A stretch of DNA of 64,000 nt. Origin: Phoronis australis. Lineage: Eukaryota > Animalia > Phoronida. Each line of letters starts with the position of its first letter. Positions within the stretch are counted from its first letter, which is position 1. The position numbers were made by a program, and so were the translations under genes. Under the pieces are notes generated by a model. It did no database searches, was not told the origin of the DNA, and worked only from the letters and a program-made list of their open reading frames with translations. This document shows positions 26,954 to 40,283 of the stretch, piece after piece. The DNA is taken from positions 13,315 to 77,314 of the forward strand of contig NMRA01000989.1 of NCBI GenBank assembly GCA_002633005.1. The letters are read 5' to 3'.

Positions 26954-29900
26954 TGTTGGCCGTGGTTTAGATTTACGACCAGATAGTTGACCGGGCTTAT
27001 GTGACAATTGCCCGAAACCTTGGCAAGTTTTCGGTAATGATTTTGCCAGAGTCTTTCAGGTATTTGGGAAATGAGCAAACGACCGCGGGCGGAATCAGTG
27101 TCCGAATTTCGTCAGCAGCTACGCCAAAATTTACGTCATCGATGACGTCAACTTTTTAATGCTGCTGTAAACGTTACTACACGTGTTCTGGTGGTAAAGC
27201 AGTTTTTCACAGGAGTATTTGCCCTTCCAAAATAACCACTTATCCTTATGGGTTGCACCCATGAGACTGGAATTAATCTTCGCTAACCATGCCTTGGGGA
27301 CTGAAACCACTCCACCTCAACTGTGACATGCACATTAATGTACGTAATAGAGTCGGATTGTAAACAATAAGCCTGATCTGAAGCAATAGCGCCCTCAGTG
27401 TCAGTTCCCCTCAATGTGAGAAATCACTTGAAATCCGATAGGAGACCGATGGCTGTACAGCAAGTGGCCTAAATCATCTTGTTTCTGATACTAAGACCAC
27501 ACTGGGGTCATCATAAAAAAATCGTGACGGTTAGTAGGATCAGTTTGACAGAATAAATAAACCTTTCTAATGACATGTAATACAGTACGATTTTTAAGAA
27601 ATAACAATATTGACAAAAGCACACCAAACCAAATATGCCAATTTTTGATTACTTAAACTGGGCTCCATAAGCCACGTTTTAGAAATCTAAAAAAGGATTT
27701 GTGACGACAAGATGTAATGTTCCAAAGAGGAATTAAAAAATCAATGGTGTGAAACAATATTATTAAATAAAAAATTATAAAAATGCTGAAAGTGGCACAT
27801 GGATTTGCTAACTTGTTGACAGATTACCCAATAATTTGACATCAATTTTTTACTTAGAAAAGTGTCACAAGGACTCATTTGATCAGGTTTGATGAGTTGA
27901 CTAACCATGAGACTCACTCTAATAGAACTTCTAATGATATTTTCTGTAGCTCTATTCATAAAACTGCACTTCGTCCTGTTTAGTTGGTTAAAAAACGAAT
28001 ATAGAATTAGGCTTTTTACTCTCTCACACAAGGGACCTCATAATACCATGACAGGATTCTATTTCAGTCACAGGTAATGTGATGAGAATGTCACACCTGT
28101 ACATCATTGTTGAAATCAGTGTGAGTGTTGGTCTTAAATCTTGAAGATGGCAATGAACAGTCAACAACTTGCAGTTTAAAACGTTTGGTGGTAATAGTCA
28201 GATAAAACATGCCTGAATTTTGATAATCACTTTTCTCCACTGAATAACAGGCATTAAACTGATTCTCAAAATGTTATGTGGGACTATTGCCTCTTCCACT
28301 TTCACAAACACCATAGTTTTTAATGCCACCCTCATGGACAGCTTTGATACACATTTAACTACACAAGATCATAGATTCAGTCACATGAAAAACATACCTG
28401 AAATCTAAATCATATTATTCAACAAAACACTAGGCGAATCGATATCTGTATTTCAGCAATTTTTCTTTACATATCTTTCAATGTATTAAGTAAATAAAGT
28501 TGTGTAATATTATATAAAAATAAGCAAGCATAAACAAGAAAACAAGATTAGTAAAGGACATTTTAAGAAAGTAAAATAAAATAAAATAATAAAATATTAA
28601 ATAACAGGTCTGTTGATACTTTTAAATATAAAAATACTTATCACACAGAACTGCATTAAAAACCCTTGACAGGTGCCATGCTGTCAAACAATGATTGACA
28701 GGATGAGTGGCAGTACAATAGAGTTCTATCAATCTATAACATTAATCTTGGAGATCAATGTATTCAAACTTGATAATAACAAATTTAGGGATTGTCCACA
28801 CAACTGTCAAAATGACAAAAATGTACGCTGGAGGACCTTTACTATAGTCAGTAACAGGACACTTTACAAAGATAAGTTAAAGTGATTTACACTTAGACAA
28901 AAATTCACACATTTTTGAGGTGTTTGGAAGGGGTGGGGGTTGCTAAAAGATTTCTTTATGACTCTTTTGAAAATGTCCAAACATACAAAATATTCCTTAA
29001 CTCGTCCTCCAACAGCAGCTATTGCAAACCAAAGGCCACTGACTGTGGGTATGGCATTGTTTCAACAGAATATATATAGTTGTCTTGCCAACTCAGCTAT
29101 GAAGGTTTGGCATTCTGGGTAAACCCCTTTTATAAAAGTGGGCTAAGCATAAGGAGTTGACAGAATATGAATAAACAGATGATTATTTGATGAAATACAT
29201 TAAGCTTACCTTGGAAAGTAGAAGGAAAATCATGTTTTTCATGTTCAAGCTGATATGACTAGTTGCAAAATGTCTGGACATAAAACTCTACTCCTGCATG
29301 AAAAGTCAGAATAATTGGCAATTTTAAAAAGCACTATAGCTACATTTTACAAGACGACTAGACAAGAAAATGGACATAGAGTGCAATATGAATAAACATT
29401 GTAAAACATGTATAAATTAAATAGAAAAAATAGAAAAATATAAATATAAAAACTACTGAAGACTACTACTGAAAAATCAGAACAAACATACAATGAAGTG
29501 GTCAAAAACATATTTCTGAACAAATACGTCATGACTGTAATCTATAATGGCACTTCCAAAAAGGAATGCTTGTGAAATGCAATCCAACAAAATTCACAAT
29601 GTTTGGGTTAAGAGGGCAAATATACACTATACAAAAGTTATTTCCCTTTTTATTTTTAACAAAACTGCTGCTCTCTCTGCTCCGTCAAATGTCTGTAACA
29701 TAACACAATGTGAAACTAAAATCTGTGCTCAAGTTTCAACTCCAAGCACTTCACAGCAGTTCTGGATTTCACAGAGATAAAGGTTTGCATTTTGATATTA
29801 TATAGAGTGGCAAAAGATACCTATCAAAGCAAGAACTCGCTATTGTTTGGTAACACACTCGCAAAATGGCTACCACAGAAAGTGGTTAGATGGCTGGATG

Positions 29901-30693
29901 TTAAATTATGGGAGGAAATGGGATGCAATCACCATGAAAACTCTACTAACGAGACAGGTGTTTTGCAAATACACGGTGTTGTTGAATGCTCCTGTGATCA
30001 AAGGCAAAACCTCAAGATGCAACAAATTTATCATGATACCAAAGAGATCATTATGTTGAAAATGCCAATCTTAAATTTCATGACGGGCATTGAGTGCAAA
30101 CCATCAAAATTAACTAATAAATAGTCAAAATGTCATAAAAATGGTGATCCAACCGAGAAGCATGCATGTGTACCGGACCGCCTTCAATTATTTTTTAGTC
30201 AAAATGTTCATATCATTTCGCATCAAAGAAAGAATCTGTGTTAAAAATTTCTGCACCTTTCTTTACGGTGTTCTCTTTAACGGGAAATTCAAACTCAACT
30301 GGAATTGCAAAATTCATGGACGTGTTCAAACACCATGTCCATACTTTGGGGAGTTTGCGGTTGTCAACTCTGGGAATAAATAAGCTGAATTGGTACCAAA
30401 AGTCTAAAATATCGTAATTTACTTGAGGAATGACCAATTTTCCAATACTTCAAACTTGTTGCATAGGTTTTCAGACACTATGCCAAATTCGTGGTGACAA
30501 AATTCAAACTTGACACAGTAACGAGTTAAATCAGTTGGTGCTGAATGAAAACTGCTTGGCAATAGTTGGACATAACATGCTTGCATTTTGAGAACCAGTT
30601 TTCTCCACTAAATAACAGACGTCAAACTGGTAATTAAAATGTGGGCACACTATATCTGACTACTTCATGCATCGTCACTTGGAAATTTTTTCC

Positions 30694-33600
30694 TTATTTT
30701 GTCAACATGTCTAACAGTGACTTTCGCAAAAAGGGGTTTTTAACAGAATCTTTTATAACAGTAGACAGCACTTCAAAGTGGGCACTCTGATATCGGCTCT
30801 TAATACCTTGGATCTCCTTCTGTAAAACAAAATTAAAAGAAACCCAGTCACATGACATTCTTTTAGCACTAACGTCTTCTAACCATAAGAGCTAATGTTA
30901 TGTCTTGAGGATAACTTGATGCTGAAATACTCATTACCATTTTTAAGCACAATCAAGCATTGCTTGGCACTTGTCAAAAACACGTTTAGTATTACTTAGT
31001 AGCTGAAATGATGTTGCCAACAACACAAGAACAGCATAGATGAAGTTAACAGAATACAAAATATATGGATCTTCAGTACCTCATTTTGGGACAGGACAAT
31101 GAAAGCCAGATTGCGCTGTTCTGTAACATCTTGCGACGTCATTAGATTGTGAATCTTCTCTGCGTGGTACAGGTGAGGGCTTCTGATTAGTTGAGCTACA
31201 TACAATACAAAACAGAATAATTGTATTGAAACCTAAAAGATAATTCCAGGATTTTTTAACAGTTTAGCAAATGTTAGGGTGTAAAATGACAAAAACTGCA
31301 TACAACTTTTGTGCTTTTCTGCTCAAAAATTTTGTTTTTGATTTTTGATAGCAGATTTCTTGAGGTAATTCCTAGCGACCTCTTGACTATTTTTGTTGTT
31401 GCTGCATTCATAACTCAGCTATAAATAGCTTCTATCAGCTTGTGCGAGTCTTTCTTGGAAATCAAAAGGCGAGTGTTGCTGACTATTTTAGTTGAGATTT
31501 AGCCTCTTGGATGCTCATAGTGCCCTGGTGAGTTTGTCACCCAATTTTGTTCCATACCACCAAAACACTGTGCTTATCAGGCATTTGGTGTCACAGACTT
31601 CTAAGCACCCGTTGGTTGCATGCTCATTCGACTGGGAAACCATATTCACTTTCCGAGGGAGAATACACTGTAGAGGGCATGGTTGGTTAAAGTCCACGCA
31701 GCTGCATAACTATTAAAATTATGAAATGTAAGTGTGCTCATAATGCGTAAGTATGCTGATGAAGGTGCATCAGACTATGACCAGTCGTGTCTGCATCTAG
31801 ATACCTGAGTTGGAGTCCAAAGCAGGCTTCAAGCTGCTAACCACTAAATGGATTCCAAAAACATTTCTTCCCAGGCTCTGAACTATGCTGTATTTATCCT
31901 TAGTTAGGATGGCTCTGAACTATGCTGTATTTATCCTTAGTTAGGATGGCTCTGAACTATGCTGTATTTATCCTTAGTTAGGATGGCTCTGAACTATGCT
32001 GTATTTATCCTTAGTTAGGATGGCTATTATTGACAGACTAATACCAAGACACTTATTGTGAATTACTGATTAAGTAACACTGATAAGTGCCTACACTTTA
32101 TTTAGTGGCATATTTCCAACTCAAGTGAAATTATGACAAAAAAAAATTCAACCACCAACACATTTGCCAAAGTTACAGTTCCAATATATTGTGAGATTTG
32201 CAGTTGAATCTGGGCTGAATCACAAAAAGCCATGGAGTTAAGTGAACAAACTGGCGATAGCAACTTAATTGGCATATCCCTAAGACAGGAGTTCAGACAT
32301 GAAGAAAATGTGACAGCAAAGAATTATCTGTGTTCCTAAAAATTATCCAGTCCAACAATATTTATGTTTCTGTGCTGTGATGAGCCATGAATATTGAAGT
32401 GTGTGAATCTTGCAATATCCGTGGAATGGTGTAAAGAATAGAGACGAACTTTCATTTTCGACTTGTTGAATACTTTATAAAAATGGTGTGATTTTAGGCT
32501 CTGACATTTGGCTAGACATTGAAAAATCACAGAATTTTTCTTCAACACAGGTGCATACAAAATAAAACTGATAGTAATAAATTTTGATATGAATTGTATA
32601 GAATGATCAACATTCTAAAACATGTGTAAGATGAAGACAAGCTTTTAAACACAAGTCACAAGTCATTTCAAGAATATATGAGAAAGATAGTGCAACTTCA
32701 AAGGGCCCTCAAAACAGCATCCCCACGGCTCATATATGGAATGCCAAAATTGTTGATAACACAGTAGAAATGATATATTTGTATGCAAACAGTTCTATTT
32801 TTAAATGCAATGACACAGCCTATACTTTTCAATGACCATTTCTGATTTTGACCGGGTAAAACGGATGTCGCTGCATAATGCATGTTGCACGGACCACATA
32901 AAATACAGTTGAATTCAAAATGAACTAGACAGACTTTGACAGACTTTGTCGAACTTGGATAAACATGTTGATAGCATTATAAGGCAGTTTAGTTGAACTC
33001 TGTCACATGGATAAACATGTTGACAGCATTATAAGGCAGTTTAGTTGAACTCTGTCGCATGGATAAACATGTTGACAGCATTATAAGGCAGTTTAGTTGA
33101 ACTCTGTCGCATGGATAAACATGTTGACAGCATTATAAGGCAGTTTAGTTGAACTCTGTCGCAACAAAATAGCGTTTTTGTTGAACTTTTGTTGGACTTT
33201 AATGTGACGTTAATGTGCTTGGCTGCAAGATATTTTGTTTATATAATACACTTGCACAAAAAGTTCCCACAATTTTGACAACAGAAATAAACCAACACCT
33301 GTCAAGACTTTGTGGAGAGTTAGCCAGAGTTGAAATGAGTCAATGAAAAATAAATGGACAATAGTTAGTCGCGATTTTGTTAGATGAAACTTTGCTTAAC
33401 TGCCACTGACATAAGTGGTTTGATATCCATACAAACACAACTCAAGACACACAACTCAAGACACACAACTCAAGACACACAACTCAAGACACACAACTCA
33501 AGACACGTACCAAATATTAAATATCCAGCTTTAGTTCTTCCCTCAGGGAACTTCTTTTCAATTTCCACGCAAATATCTCTCTGGCATTTCTGAAAAAGAG

Positions 33601-36600
33601 TAACTAGCTTAATCAAATAAAGCTTTTAAATAGCAAGTCCAGAACATATAACAATTAATCTTCCATTGCTAAAAAGATGCAGAATGCAGCCCTTGCTACT
33701 AAGTCATTATTATGCATGTTCAATACAACGTTAGCTCAATTACATGATACAAATTCACTACGATACAAATTCACTACGATACAAATTCACTACGATACAA
33801 ATTCACTACGATACAAATTCACTACGATACAAATTCACTACGATACAAATTCACTACGATACAAATTCACTACGATACAAATTCACTACGATACAAATTC
33901 ACTACGATACAAATTCACTATTAAGGCCATGCACATGAAAACACTATAAACCCACCATCTGTTACAAAAAACAACTTTTGAATTTTTTGAAAGACCAAAA
34001 GTAACTTTCAAGTAACAAGTTGAGACCAAGTGAGGAGTGATGAGACCAAGTGAGGAGTGATGAGACCAAGTGAGGAGTGATGAGACCAAGTGAGGAGTGA
34101 TGAGACCAAGTGAGGAGTGATGAGACCAAGTGAGGAGTGATGAGACCAAGTGAGGAGTGATGAGACCAAGTGAGGAGTGATGAGACCAAGTGAGGAGTGA
34201 TGAGACCAAGTGAGGAGTGATGAGACCAAGTGAGGAGTGATGAGACCAAGTGAGGAGTGATGAGACCAAGTGAGGAGTGATGAGACCAAGTGAGGAGTGA
34301 TGAGACCAAGTGAGGAGTGATGAGACCAAGTGAGGAGTGATGAGACCAAGTGAGGAGTGATGAGACCAAGTGAGGAGTGATGAGACCAAGTGAGGAGTGA
34401 TGAGACCAAGTGAGGAGTGATGAGACCAAGTGAGGAGTGATGAGACCAAGTGAGGAGTGATGAGACCAAGTGAGGAGTGATGAGACCAAGTGAGGAGTGA
34501 TGAGAGCAAGTGAGGAGTGATGAGACCAAGTGAGGAGTGATGAGAGCAAGTGAGGAGTGATGAGACCAAGTGAGGAGTGATGAGACCAAGTGAGGAGTGA
34601 TGAGACCAAGTGAGGAGTGATGAAAACCAAAAGTTTAATTTAGTTTCTTTGATCATATGACAGAACACAGGCTTATAATCATGTTAAGAATAATTGAACT
34701 TAATTTCATTCATAGCACAAAATATGCAGGTCTTACCCTTAGGAACAATTCCAAGACGGCCTGAATATCGAGTCGATTTCTTTTTTTTAGCATATGCTGG
34801 AACATCCCATCATTTTCAAACAGTTTGTTTTCTGGAATACAGTCCACCATTTTGCTTGAGGTGACTTCCACATCTTCTTGCTCAAGATCTGACTCCTGAC
34901 AGAAAAAAATAGTTCGCAGCCATAAAAAAACAAAGAAGAAACTCAGAAAAATGTATTTTGGTGCTTAAAGTTATACACAATTTAAAGACAGAGCAAGATT
35001 TTTTAAAATTAAGTTTATACATCCAGTTTTTGTCTTAGTATATTCTGTCAAAGGAGTAAGTGAACAAGACTTTGAGATAAGCAAACGTAAAATGCCAATG
35101 TTTGCATTGATTTATCTCCAGAAGCTGGTGTGTTTTAAAACAAGAAATAGAACTGTAAAACCTGAAGCACTGAAAGCACAGCAGTGTCAGAAGACTTTCA
35201 AAAATGAAAACAGAACAGTTCCCACATCACGGATTGTACTCTCAACAGTCTTTCATGAAGGTAAAAAAGCATTGTTTGAAAGTGAGGCTGCTAAGTGCTA
35301 ATGCACTTCTAAGTGGAGTCAGATGTGTGAAGAATGGTTGCCCCATTCAGTTTACTCAGTTTCACACTTGTATTGCGACACTAAAACTTTAATAGTATCA
35401 CAATGACAAATAGCAAACCAACCTTGGCCAAATGTCCTATAGAGGTGGGGTATTATGAGTAAATACCCCTTAAATATGAAATATAGGGATGGGAAAGGGA
35501 TTTTGGCACAGTTTTATTAATTGTTTCATGTGAAATGGTGGGTGTGAGAGAGAGTGTGCGTGATGTGTCCATAGAAAAATGTCTTTGAACTTGTCTGTTG
35601 TTTTGCAATAAATGTTTAAAAAGTACCAAAGAATAAAAGAGGGCACTGTGGCATTTCAAGAAGTTGGTATTTTGGCAATATTTTTACCCCAAACAGGTCA
35701 GACTTTACAGTAAAAGAAGTGAATAGGAACAACATGGTAAAAACTGACTCAATTGTTCGTAAGCTGGCCAATGGCAACAGGAAAATAAAAATTCCCTCAA
35801 AAAAAAAAACAAACAAAAAACCTACCTCTCTTTGCAGCATTGTACACAGAATGTCCGAAACATCGGCACAGCAAACCTCGGTAATGGCATCATTTAGACT
35901 CCGTGAATACTTCAAAGAGTATTGAACGCAGATATCTTTGAGTTTATCTTCATCGGCAGTACACACCAGCTCGATAACATAAGGCTCATTTTTGGCTATG
36001 AGGCAACTATGGACATAGTCTGCCGTTATGTTCACATAGTTGTCTGCAATATAATACAACAGCGCAACATTCCTGAGTTTGCTCTTCAATACTGAGAGGT
36101 AAAAACAAAAAACGGAAGGGCCACTGTCTACATTGGCCACAGAAATATTCATCTTATGAAAGAATGAAATACAAACTGTACATTCACCAATACTTTTTCT
36201 ATCTATTGCATCTTATTTGCACTCCCTATAAGCAATGGTATGAATTAATGACTTAGCTTTGAACTGGCAAAGTTTGCTTATTGACAGAAACCACTACAAT
36301 GATGTCGAAAAGATGACTTACAGATGTGAAACACTGCAGGAATCAGCAACTGTATATTGCATTAAATATTTTGCATAGTTAAGATAGATATTGATCTATC
36401 AAAAAAAAATAGAACTCGTTTTGCGGTTTTCCAATACTTACCTGCCTTGGAATGTTATGTTACACTAAACTACTTCAGAGGCCCATTAGCAAATTTAGTA
36501 TAAAGTACACTATTGATTTTCACTTTTCCTCCCAATATCTGAAGGGCAATATATTTTGTAAAGCTACAAAACAAATTAAGTGAATATTAATAAATTTGAA

Positions 36601-37230
36601 GTGCTAACCTTCTGGGCTTGCAATGACCAATGACAAAAAAAGGAAAATTTTCCAGGTGATGTATCATTCCACAAATAAATAGGTTAGTGTGATAGAAACA
36701 CTTTTTGAGTTGTAAAATGTAACTGAAATAAGCGCTTTTTGCACAAAACAGTCAAAATAATGATAAAAAGAGACAAAAACATGAAGAAACTGGAAATCAA
36801 ATAAGAGGAAATCAAAACTAAAGAAGAGGAAATCCTCATAAAAGAAGAAAATTTCAAGCCCAGAATATTGTTGGTTACTTAATTTTTGAAATGAAACAGT
36901 GTGACAAAAGAGACTGCTGATTTAATCAGTTACTCAGTGTCTAATATAAAGTAAAATGATATTTGGAAAACATCTGCTGATTATTAAAATTCTGTGCTTT
37001 TCGAATCTGCATGCCAAGTATGCAATTTCTATTACAATTATTGCCAACAAACAATGAGACATTTATAAAGTCTAACAATCTTGCACACGCAAACCTTTGT
37101 TTATCCCACTTGCGAACACATCTTTCCAGTCAACAAAATCATTTGCGGCAAGAAGCTTGCTGTCACTTTCAGCACTGCCACGAGTTCTTGACTTCTGCTC
37201 AACAGTTTTGGACGAGTGGGAGCACCCCAT
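30694..37230 (-). CDS. Divergent annexin-like protein, 293 aa, N-terminal MGCxxS acylation motif
   Basis: complement(join(30694..30819,31080..31195,33511..33589,34737..34895,35826..36091,37095..37230)) = 882 nt, GT-AG introns, phases consistent, no internal stop. Protein: MGCSHSSKTVEQKSRTRGSAESDSKLLAANDFVDWKDVFASGINKVLKSKLRNVALLYYIADNYVNITADYVHSCLIAKNEPYVIELVCTADEDKLKDICVQYSLKYSRSLNDAITEVCCADVSDILCTMLQREESDLEQEDVEVTSSKMVDCIPENKLFENDGMFQHMLKKRNRLDIQAVLELFLRKCQRDICVEIEKKFPEGRTKAGYLIFAQLIRSPHLYHAEKIHNLMTSQDVTEQRNLAFIVLSQNEKEIQGIKSRYQSAHFEVLSTVIKDSVKNPFLRKSLLDMLTK*. The helix pattern (IELVCT...I...Y...Y.RSL..AI; P.LY.AE.I; IVLS.NE..I..IK..Y) follows annexin repeats 2-4. Confidence 0.82.
31874..32025. 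repeat. Minisatellite, 37-bp unit x4
   Basis: ggctctgaactatgctgtatttatccttagttaggat. Confidence 0.95.
32957..33163. repeat. Minisatellite, 52-bp unit x4
   Basis: ggataaacatgttgacagcattataaggcagtttagttgaactctgtcgcat. Confidence 0.95.
33435..33506. repeat. Minisatellite, 14-bp unit x5
   Basis: acacaactcaagac, abutting the splice donor at 33510. Confidence 0.9.
33746..33920. repeat. Minisatellite, 16-bp unit x11
   Basis: gatacaaattcactac. Confidence 0.95.
34021..34623. repeat. Minisatellite, 20-bp unit x30
   Basis: tgagaccaagtgaggagtga, two variant units. It generates the spurious repetitive ORFs at 33886-34668. Confidence 0.97.
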
Positions 37231-39800
37231 ATTTGTCTGAAAAAAGTTCGAAATTATTAAAAGTGGCTTTCATTTCTTTATCTTCCAAAAACAGATATGC
37301 ATTATAATTCAAAATTTTGACTACTAAGTAGGTTAATTTCCCAAAACGTTTTGTTAACATCAGTATAAGTTTCAGAGAAGAGCTGCTAACAACTGTCAAT
37401 ATGGTAAAATCTCACCAATTGTGGACAAAAATAATTGCCAAAAATTGATCTTTTCTCACTTTTGAAAGACTTCTAATATTGTGAATGCCCAGAATTCCTC
37501 AGAGCATTGTCAGATGGTGGCTAACTTATAGAACTTATAACTGCTGCAGTATTTATTTTGTACTGAATATAAACTTTTTACTAAAAATTAGAATTTCACC
37601 ACCACACTCTATCTTAAATTAGTGAAATTTTAAATGTACCTATTATGTGCAGGAAATTAATCTGATTCAGTCTTTCAGAAATAGGAAATGACTCTTTTGG
37701 CAATTAGGTGTATGCAAAATACGAGAAGATAATTTCACACAAATTGTTTGTAATGTTGTAATGAAGGATACACAAAAAAGGCTATAACACCTACAGCACA
37801 CTATCAGGTGTGCGTAGGAAAAAAGAAACGGTACATAAATAAAAAAACAATGGTAACAATAACATTCAGCATATTTCACTTTATATAAACGTTCAAGATG
37901 AAATCTCTAAAACGCTAATACAGTTTTCTAAATTATTATCTCGTTTTAGTTTAATGCAACTTGCAAACCTGTTATAAATATCGTATTTTTATAGCCCCCT
38001 CATGCAAAAGTTGAACATTTTAAAAACAATCCCTAACAGAGAGCAGTTGACAAAGCAAAGTATCTGAAAGTTTCAAATGAATCCTATAAACCACTTCTGG
38101 AATACCGGTAAGATGTTTGGAAGTTTGTCAAATTTGGGCAATTTAAGTGAAACACACTGAAGCAGAACAATTAAAACCAGTCAATCATTGACCTTCAAAA
38201 GGAATGATTTCAAAAATCCAAATATCGACAGAAGCACACCAAGTTAGGACATAACATGGCAAGGGAAATGTTAGTTTTTCACTTTTTATGAAACACTATG
38301 TCATTTGTAAATTCATGCCATAGCTATCACCAGGCAATGTCTTGATTAACTGTGGGCATTCACAGCGATTTTGGGACACTAAATGGTTACATGACAGGTG
38401 AAATTCATTTTGTCAAACATCTCAATAAAAATAACTTTTCAGGAAAATTTACTTTGCTTTTAGCATGATTAGTACCAAACAACATTTGGTGAAAATTTGA
38501 GTTTTTGTAATAATGGGGTTAGCCTCTGAAAAACGAAATATTGTAATTTCAGCAATTATTGTCCCAAACTGAAGATTTTTTTGTTATACTGTCTGAAATT
38601 GGTGAGAAAAAACTTATCGTTAATTGATTAAACTGCAACGCGATTACCCTGGCTAATAATGTACTGTACAAAGAGGAAACTTTCAAGAATATTTTAGTGT
38701 TGCTGTACTTTAAATGTATACAATATGTCGGCACTGCTCATCACATAACTTACATTGCAACAAATTTAAGTCTGGTCAAACAACCAGGCATTTACGCTAA
38801 ATAAGAAGTTTGTGAAGAAACAAAAAAGATCAGACATAAATCAACAATCCGCAGAACTTACAGTTCGAACTGTATCCCAGCTGTATAATGACACTTTACT
38901 TTCCCTGGCAGCAATGGGATCTTTTGCTCTTTCAAATATTCATGTCCCAGAGAAAACTTCGATATCTATCTCTATACTAAGACAGTCTCATGTCTTGACA
39001 ACAGGGACTACAAACAGAAGCTGGGGAAACGCAAACATTATACAGCAAATCTACACTGCCAAAACTTGATCTGGTCAAACACTGCTACTATAAAGGTGTT
39101 TGCTGGTAACCCATTGAATAAACAAGGACCATTCACCTCAAAGTTAGGCACTATTTTCTTTAATTTTATGAACTCAGTCTGACTTTTTTGAATACATAAC
39201 ACAGAGACTGATATTTGAGAAATAGGAAGCACACAACCTTCAAACATCATAAAAAATCTCATTTGATTTCAAATCCAGAGGACAGTGGTTTTTTAAATTG
39301 AGGCAAGTCCATATCTCCATCTAACCGAACTTTTTAGGAGGAATTCAATTTCAGACAGTTAGAAAAATCACCAATTTTAGCCTACAATATGTATCAATTT
39401 ATTTTTGCCAGTGTTTTATTGTCGTAAAGTCATTGCTTATGTGGTAAGTGATCTATTACATAATGGGACCTTTATATCTTGACCACAGCAGGCACAAACC
39501 TATTGGCAAAGTACAAGGGGTTGTGAGACTACTGTGTGTGAATGTGACTTAATCTCAAGATCACGTATGTGTGAACTTGGAACTGAATATTCATTTGGGC
39601 CATCAGGTGAAATTTTTTGTTCGGTGTAAAGAATTTTTTGAAATTATCGGCCTTATGATCACCCACTTTCTCTTTTAGTCTAATGTGTCAAAGAATCAGA
39701 GGAATATGTGAATGGTTAAACAAATTATTCTTTGGTCGACAATAGTTGAAAATGGATTGGTTAAAATTTACATTATTTTATTAACATGTATTTTGATTTA

Positions 39801-40283
39801 AGGCCCTTTCATATTGACTTAACTCCTATCTGAGGGGAGCGTCGATGTAACTGGATCGTTCATACTGGCTTCGAACATCCGATAAGCGGTTGTGTGCCGC
39901 TGTCGTCATCGAAGTTATCGCAAGATAGCGTTGCACGCTAAGATTTTTTTCAATGTTTCAATTTGGAAACATTTACATGTGCTAAGTGACATTAAACTTA
40001 TTTTAAATCGATTGGTTATTATTAGAGTAAAATATAAGCAGCTATTAGTGACGGCACTACCCCGTAACTGTTGACGATAACAGTGGCACCTGGCGATAAC
40101 TTCGATTGGACCGGAGTTAAGTGTTCATACTACACCGCAGTGTCGACGCTGTGGTCTTAAATCCACCTGTTAACTGCGATGTTAACTGGAGCTGTTAACT
40201 GCGATCCAGGACCGGAGTTAAGCATTCATACTGACCGCAACTCCCCAAACCATCGACGCGTCGACGTTAGTATGAAAGGTCCT
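39801..40283. mobile_element. PIF/Harbinger-like MITE (TTA TSD) nested in an older inverted-repeat element (~39533-40410)
   Basis: TIR aggccctttcatattgac / gttagtatgaaaggtcct, TTA on both sides. Outer arms cttaatctcaagatcacgtatgtgtgaacttggaa / ttccaagttcacgcatatgcgatcttaagattaag. Confidence 0.8.

Noticed and set aside
33886-34668. Long ORFs in all three minus frames (193-260 aa)
   Set aside because: Artefact of a stop-free 20-bp minisatellite inside an intron.
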